DNA of 64,000 nucleotides from a virus: IMG/VR virus record IMGVR_UViG_3300032268_000599, positions 6,363 to 70,362 of that record; one strand, 5' to 3'. Shown piece by piece: positions 58,975 to 64,000 of this stretch (position 1 is its first letter; each line of letters starts with the position of its first letter). The notes under the pieces were generated by a model. It saw only the letters and a program-made list of their open reading frames with translations, ran no database searches and was not told where the DNA came from. The position numbers and the translations under genes were made by a program.

Positions 58975-59117
58975 TCCGACTCCTTTTTCTCACGCAGAAA
59001 GGGTGAAAAGGGTAGGCCGCAAAAAGGTGCAGCGGATTTATCGGTAGGCTCACTATCGCCTAGTCCCGCCTACCCTTTTCCTCTCCCCTTTTCTATCTCC
59101 CCATGATTGGGAAGTCT

Positions 59118-59429
59118 CTAATCGCAGCAGTCGCTTTCGTCACAGTGACGACACTGCTCGCAGTTGTAGCACCAGTCACTGTCGCCCTTCCCACAGGAGC
59201 GGCAGTACTCGCAGGTGCAAGTGTCGCAGCCGGAATAGGTACATCCTTCGCAGTCCTCGCACCAGTCGCTGTCACCCCTGCCACAGCTTCTGCAATAAAC
59301 ATCGCAGTCGCAGCCGTCGCAGTGCTGACATACTTCGCAGTCGTCACACCAGTCACTGTCACCCTCACCGCAGTGACGGCAGTAGTTTTTGGTGGCGATG
59401 CCAAGCTCTGACTCAAACCAGTCAGCCAT
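59118..59429 (-). CDS. Cys/Asp-rich tandem-repeat protein
   Basis: Three YCRxCGxGDSDWCxxCExC units; GGAGGAGG RBS. Confidence 0.7.
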   Translation of the reverse strand: MADWFESELGIATKNYCRHCGEGDSDWCDDCEVCQHCDGCDCDVYCRSCGRGDSDWCEDCEGCTYSGCDTCTCEYCRSCGKGDSDWCYNCEQCRHCDESDCCD

Positions 59430-59519
59430 GACTTCCTCCTCCATTTCCCTGTTTGTGGTCATTAAGACCCCAAGGCGCACAGCCCGGTAAATATCTGTGC
59501 GCTATGGGGACGCAATGCC

Positions 59520-59885
59520 CTAGTCCCAAGGGTTGCCCTCGGGAAGGTCGATGCCGTTCTCGCGGAGCATCCGCTTGAGTTCATCCGGCAGATCACCGCT
59601 ACGCATCATGGCGGTCATCTCTTGGACGGTGTGCAGCAAGTCGCTGGCACGGTCCACCGGCTGAAGGGTCGCGTAACCACCGCGACCGTCCTGCAACTCC
59701 ATGACCGCGGAGTCGTCGTTGGCGTTCATCTCGCTGCCATCGACTGGCTCCAAGCCCAGGAACTGAGCCGTTGCGACGAGATCCATCGGCGTGCCGACGT
59801 AGCGGATCTCATGCGACTCATTGGTTTTCGGAGCCACCAGGACACCCTGAAGGATGCCGTCCCTGTAGGTTTTGTGACCGATCAC
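59520..59885 (-). CDS. hypothetical protein
   Basis: GAGGAG RBS, GTG start, phage-like codon bias. Confidence 0.65.
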   Translation of the reverse strand: MIGHKTYRDGILQGVLVAPKTNESHEIRYVGTPMDLVATAQFLGLEPVDGSEMNANDDSAVMELQDGRGGYATLQPVDRASDLLHTVQEMTAMMRSGDLPDELKRMLRENGIDLPEGNPWD

Positions 59886-60369
59886 TTTCCACTCCTCTGT
59901 TTCTCTCGTGTGTACGGCGGTCGCCGCACAGAACACCGCACACGAGTCACCGACGACTCGTATGCGGTGTCCTCTACAGCGTCACCACGCGTCTACGAGC
60001 GGCTTACTTGCTGCCACCCGCTCGATGTGAACGTCGAACCATTCCTTTTCTTGGCAGTTACGCCACGGACTGGCCCCACATACCGGGCACGCGGCGGCAT
60101 GGCTCTGGTTGAATCCATCCGGAAACATCAGATACCCCGCAGCTTTATCTCAGCATCCACCAGTGGCAGAAGCTGTTCCGCACGCGCCATCCACCAGGAT
60201 GCTCGTAAAAGCTCCCTGTCGTTAGCGGGACGGATTACGTTGAGACGTATGTCAGCTACTCGCTGTTCATTCATCATTTCGCATCCTCCTATTTCTCCAC
60301 TTTCAGATAACGAGTTCCGCTATCTGGAAGGGCCAGGGACTTGCCCTGGCCCAACCACATAGTCGCTAC

Positions 60370-61902
60370 TCACTCGACAATGATTTGGCCCTTCTTGTCC
60401 TCGCCGTACTTGTCGTACAGCGCGGCGGCGTTCAGACCCTCTTGGATACCGTTGCGGGTCTTGGCCTCGATCTGGTCCAGATTTGCCTGGACACCAGTGA
60501 CTGCCGATTCCAGCAACAGCACCTGCGACTCGTCGGAGTGCAGGACCGACCGTGCCGCATCGACCTGAATGGCGCGGAACGCCTGATCCAGGGTCGGCGG
60601 CTTGGGCGGCTCGACGGCTTCTTGCTGCAACTTCCACTGCGCCTTGACGACGTTCGCGGCAGCCAGCAGGTCCTCGGTCGTCACCGTGATGGTGTCGCCC
60701 TTGGACAGGACGACTGCACCGATGATTGCTTTGTTCAACACCTCGTGGATGTAAGCGGGGGTGAAGCCCTCGATCACGTCCCACAGGGCATCGAAGTCAA
60801 CATCATCGGACAGTTCGGCCTCAGAGATGTTCGCCCGGACGATGCGCTCCATGGTGGGTCGGTGCGAAGGACCGATTTCCAGCCAGGTGTCGATGCGACC
60901 GGGACGGAACATGCCGGGGGTGATGCGATCCATGTAGTTGGTCGTCATAACCAACTTCACGTCCGCACCCTTGTTGGCGATACCGTCGAACGCTTCCAGC
61001 AACGCCGACACCGCGAGGGCATCGGAGGTGTTGGCCACGTTGTCGATATCCTCAGCACCCACTACGGAAGGACCGTAGAGAGCACCGATCCGCATGAGGT
61101 CCGTCATGTTGACGGCGGGACCGCCTTCCAGCCAGGTGTGGCCGGTGGCGATTGCCTCACGCGCAGCCATCTGCAAGAGCGAGGATTTGCCAGTACCGAA
61201 CGGACCATAGGCCAGTGCGGTGCGTTTCTGGCTGACCCCGCGCTTGATGAGACTGTCGCGCTCGCGGATCGGACCAAGGACGTAACGCTCGATAGCAGCC
61301 GTCACGTCATCGTTGAACACGATGCGCTTGGGATCTGCGTACTTGCTGGTGTCCACGAACTCCAGCGACCCACCCTCGGTCAGCCGCACCGCCTGACCCC
61401 GGTAGATTGAGTGCGAGTCGAGCCGCGCTCCAACCTTGTCGAGGAAATCGGTGACGAGTGGCTGATCCATCCGGCGCACATAAGCCATGATGTAGAACAC
61501 ACGGCCCAGGTGCGGACGGTCAGGGTCGATGCCTTCTCCGACGTACACCATTGCGTCGTCGCCCAGCGACGGGATGCTCACCTGACCGGTGGGGACCTCG
61601 ATTGCGTCGGTGAGAGACACCTTCACGCTCTTGGACTCCGGCGGGTTGAACTTCGACCCCGACGAGAAGCTGATCCCGAACGACTTGTCGAGGCAGTGAG
61701 CCGTGGCGACCAGACCGTCATCGAGCAGGTAGCGGAAGTACCGCTTGCTGGTCTTGACGTAGGTCTCCATGGCCTCCTTGTGCCTGACGAGTGCCGTGAT
61801 CGCAGTGTCGTAGGTGATTTTCTGCGGAAGGACGATATCCGCGCGAGCGGAATCTTCGTGCCGAGAAACACCGTCGCTGCTGATTGGCTTGTCGATTGCC
61901 AT
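60370..61902 (-). CDS. AAA+ ATPase
   Basis: Walker A GPFGTGKS, Walker B EDID, TTN sensor, RPGRID Arg finger. Confidence 0.9.
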   Translation of the reverse strand: MAIDKPISSDGVSRHEDSARADIVLPQKITYDTAITALVRHKEAMETYVKTSKRYFRYLLDDGLVATAHCLDKSFGISFSSGSKFNPPESKSVKVSLTDAIEVPTGQVSIPSLGDDAMVYVGEGIDPDRPHLGRVFYIMAYVRRMDQPLVTDFLDKVGARLDSHSIYRGQAVRLTEGGSLEFVDTSKYADPKRIVFNDDVTAAIERYVLGPIRERDSLIKRGVSQKRTALAYGPFGTGKSSLLQMAAREAIATGHTWLEGGPAVNMTDLMRIGALYGPSVVGAEDIDNVANTSDALAVSALLEAFDGIANKGADVKLVMTTNYMDRITPGMFRPGRIDTWLEIGPSHRPTMERIVRANISEAELSDDVDFDALWDVIEGFTPAYIHEVLNKAIIGAVVLSKGDTITVTTEDLLAAANVVKAQWKLQQEAVEPPKPPTLDQAFRAIQVDAARSVLHSDESQVLLLESAVTGVQANLDQIEAKTRNGIQEGLNAAALYDKYGEDKKGQIIVE

Positions 61903-62364
61903 ATTCCTGTTTTCTCCTCTGTGCTTTCTCTCGTGTCCCTGCCCTTATGGACAGGTGTCCCACTAGATGAAGGGGAGACGTTTCTAGCCGAACAGTGCTG
62001 CGAACAGCAGCACGAAGAACGCAAAAGCGAACACGAAGGTTACTTCTGCCACGGTGCGGTACCCATCGCTATGTCAATCACGACGAGCGGCACCGAAAGC
62101 AGCAGTGCTTCAGCGGCCAACAACAACAGAGCGGTCATAGACCGGGAAGTTGGCGTGACGCTCATCGAAGTGTTCCTGCAACTTCACCTTGGCATCGACC
62201 AGCCAGCCACCCTTGGGCGGCATGACGTTTGGTGTCGGTTCCAGGTTCAGAACATCTCGTTCATAGCCCATAAGCTGTCTCCCTCCTCAGTCCCCCGCAT
62301 CTAGTGAGGCATCTGGCCACACTCGGGAACCGGGTTGGAGTACAGGCCCGACGGATCGGGGGTA

Positions 62365-62745
62365 CTACAGGTAGGTGGGAACCACCTCGGCGGTGTTGCC
62401 GGGGTAGACGAGGACGCTTCCCGCGTCGTCCAGGTCAGTCGGGTGGTCGTACCAGACCTGACTCATGGTGTCGGAGTGGGTGGCGTGAAAGCGCGTCACC
62501 CGCTCGTGCTCGAACGAGTCGAACTCTGCACCGTGCAGCAGCTTCGACACGAACGTGGCGATCTGCTCGACGGGGGTCTGCGGAGTACGGCCCAGCACCG
62601 TGATAGAAGCAGGGCTGTTCTCCACAAAGAACAGGTCGATCTCACCGCCCTCGCTGTCCACGATCTTGAGGACAACGGTGCCGGTGTTTGGGATCTTGCT
62701 GACACCCTTAAGGGTGGGTTGGAACATGGCAACTGAAACGGACAT
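62365..62745 (-). CDS. hypothetical protein
   Basis: GGGAGG RBS; 126 aa. Confidence 0.65.
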   Translation of the reverse strand: MSVSVAMFQPTLKGVSKIPNTGTVVLKIVDSEGGEIDLFFVENSPASITVLGRTPQTPVEQIATFVSKLLHGAEFDSFEHERVTRFHATHSDTMSQVWYDHPTDLDDAGSVLVYPGNTAEVVPTYL

Positions 62746-62759
62746 TAAACCTCCCGGTT

Positions 62760-63055
62760 TACGAAGATGGGCTGAATGATGACCCGTCGCGCCTGTGCCC
62801 CAACCCGGTTCGGATCAGCGGAGGGGCCAAGCCGTGATCCTGTGGAAGCGATGACCTGACCCCTCCGCGTCACCTAACGAGAGAAAGTGGAGAGGATCTT
62901 GACCCCTGAATCACCGCTGCCTTAAAAACGGTGAGGGATCGAAACGTCCGCGCCCTGAAAGGCCAGGTGCGGCTCGGGCAACCTGTGGAAGCGTTGCCCC
63001 CCCGATTGCTCGGGATGGTGCCCGGTAGGGGTATGAAGCCCTACCGGGCTAGGGA
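62760..63055 (-). ncRNA. candidate structured leader / sRNA, about 300 nt
   Basis: Non-coding, many hairpins, two GCUUCCACAG-loop hairpins. Confidence 0.45.
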
Positions 63056-63058
63056 GAC

Positions 63059-63358
63059 TTAGCACTCTCCCCGATGCTGTAGGTCGCACACGCCGCAGGT
63101 CGGAAGCGGTCGTGGGCTGTTGACCTGGATGGTCACCGCGGGGGCCGGGATCTGAACCGGCATACCGCCGTAACCCTGGACGGTCACCGTCGCGTCGATC
63201 TTGCGAACCGTCATCACGATCCGACGATCCACGTCGGAGCGCTTGATTCGCGGGTAGTCACGAGGAGGACTACCGGCGTGAATCACTTGGTTCGGAAGAA
63301 CCGGAACTGGCGCGGCGTTGCCATAAACACTTGAGTACATGACCTTCTCCTGTGTCAT
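63059..63358 (-). CDS. hypothetical protein with C-terminal CxxC..H..C
   Basis: 99-aa ORF. Confidence 0.55.
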   Translation of the reverse strand: MTQEKVMYSSVYGNAAPVPVLPNQVIHAGSPPRDYPRIKRSDVDRRIVMTVRKIDATVTVQGYGGMPVQIPAPAVTIQVNSPRPLPTCGVCDLQHRGEC

Positions 63359-63391
63359 GGGCCTGGAATGTCCGCGGAGGTAAAGCTGGGC

Positions 63392-63835
63392 TTACGCCCA
63401 GCCTGACCCCTCCCGCGCGGCACGCTCTGCTTGAGCGCGTGCCCTCTCAGCGCGCGCCGCATCGGCGCGTGCCTTGTCCTCTTGGCGCTTGGCGACCTTA
63501 GCCGCGTCGCGCTGTAGCCGATACTGGCCGATGCGCTGACCGTACAGAGTGCGGTCGCTCACACCAGTGATGCCAGTGATGGTTCCGCCGTTGCGCCGCG
63601 AGTACACCTGATTGGGTGACACCCCGCTGTGCATGACGCCTTCCCGCATCTCGGGTAGCGCGCCGGTATCTTGACGAGCCGCGTTAACATCGCCCCACGC
63701 CATGCGGGAAAGCGCGCGATACAGCTCAGTCCGTTCCCGGTCACGACGTTCCGCATGGTTGCTAGCGCAAGCGCGCTTGGCTGCCACGGTGGAGCGACGT
63801 TGCTGACCCCGACGTTCGGATGAACGCTTGGACAT
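63392..63835 (-). CDS. Arg-rich hypothetical protein
   Basis: GAGG RBS; 147-aa basic ORF. Confidence 0.6.
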   Translation of the reverse strand: MSKRSSERRGQQRRSTVAAKRACASNHAERRDRERTELYRALSRMAWGDVNAARQDTGALPEMREGVMHSGVSPNQVYSRRNGGTITGITGVSDRTLYGQRIGQYRLQRDAAKVAKRQEDKARADAARAERARAQAERAAREGSGWA

Positions 63836-64000
63836 TCCAGACCCTCTTTCGATGATCGTTGCCTGATTTCTCAGGATCTTGACCGTGCGACCCGGTGGTC
63901 GCCCGGTGGTGACGCTGTTGGAACCTAGGGCTTGGTCCGCTCGTCGTATTAAGTTGCCCCGCGCCCTGCGGGTATCCCCAGTGTAACCAGGGAGGCGAAC

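Noticed and set aside
59103-59411. + strand Ala/Val/Thr-rich membrane ORF
   Set aside because: Antisense to the Cys-repeat gene, which has a strong RBS and matches the orientation of all neighbours
62760-63055. Hammerhead ribozyme
   Set aside because: GAAAC is present but no correctly placed CUGANGA core on either strand

Overview
This window is about 64 kb of a high-GC actinobacteriophage (mycobacteriophage-like siphovirus), starting inside the scaffold gene; terminase and portal are not in the window. On the + strand: head and tail genes (1-25.9 kb, including a 3468-aa tape measure and a -1 frameshifted tail chaperone), a lysis cassette (lysin A, lysin B, holin), a replication/recombination operon (ERF, PD-(D/E)xK nuclease, ClpP-like protease, SSB, primase-helicase, two WhiB, RusA-like, exonuclease, HNH), a second displaced fibre-like cassette (41.9-46.3 kb) and a run of tiny coupled ORFs. 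These converge on a tyrosine integrase. The - strand arm (48.9-64 kb) carries many small genes, a full-length NusG and an AAA+ ATPase. Most unusual: (1) a 79-nt RNA gene that looks like only the tRNA-like domain of tmRNA (G3-U70 Ala acceptor, tmRNA-type D loop, T arm, no tag-coding region), beside an even smaller tRNA-elbow mimic; (2) a tape measure split by a thrice-repeated linker into cassettes carrying cell-wall hydrolases, an HEXXH zincin and an R-STS-ExE ADP-ribosyltransferase; (3) several structured intergenic RNAs, one complementary to the phage's own gene leaders; (4) a NusG with an altered RNAP-contact motif. All calls come from reading motifs and synteny by eye; no database searches were run.
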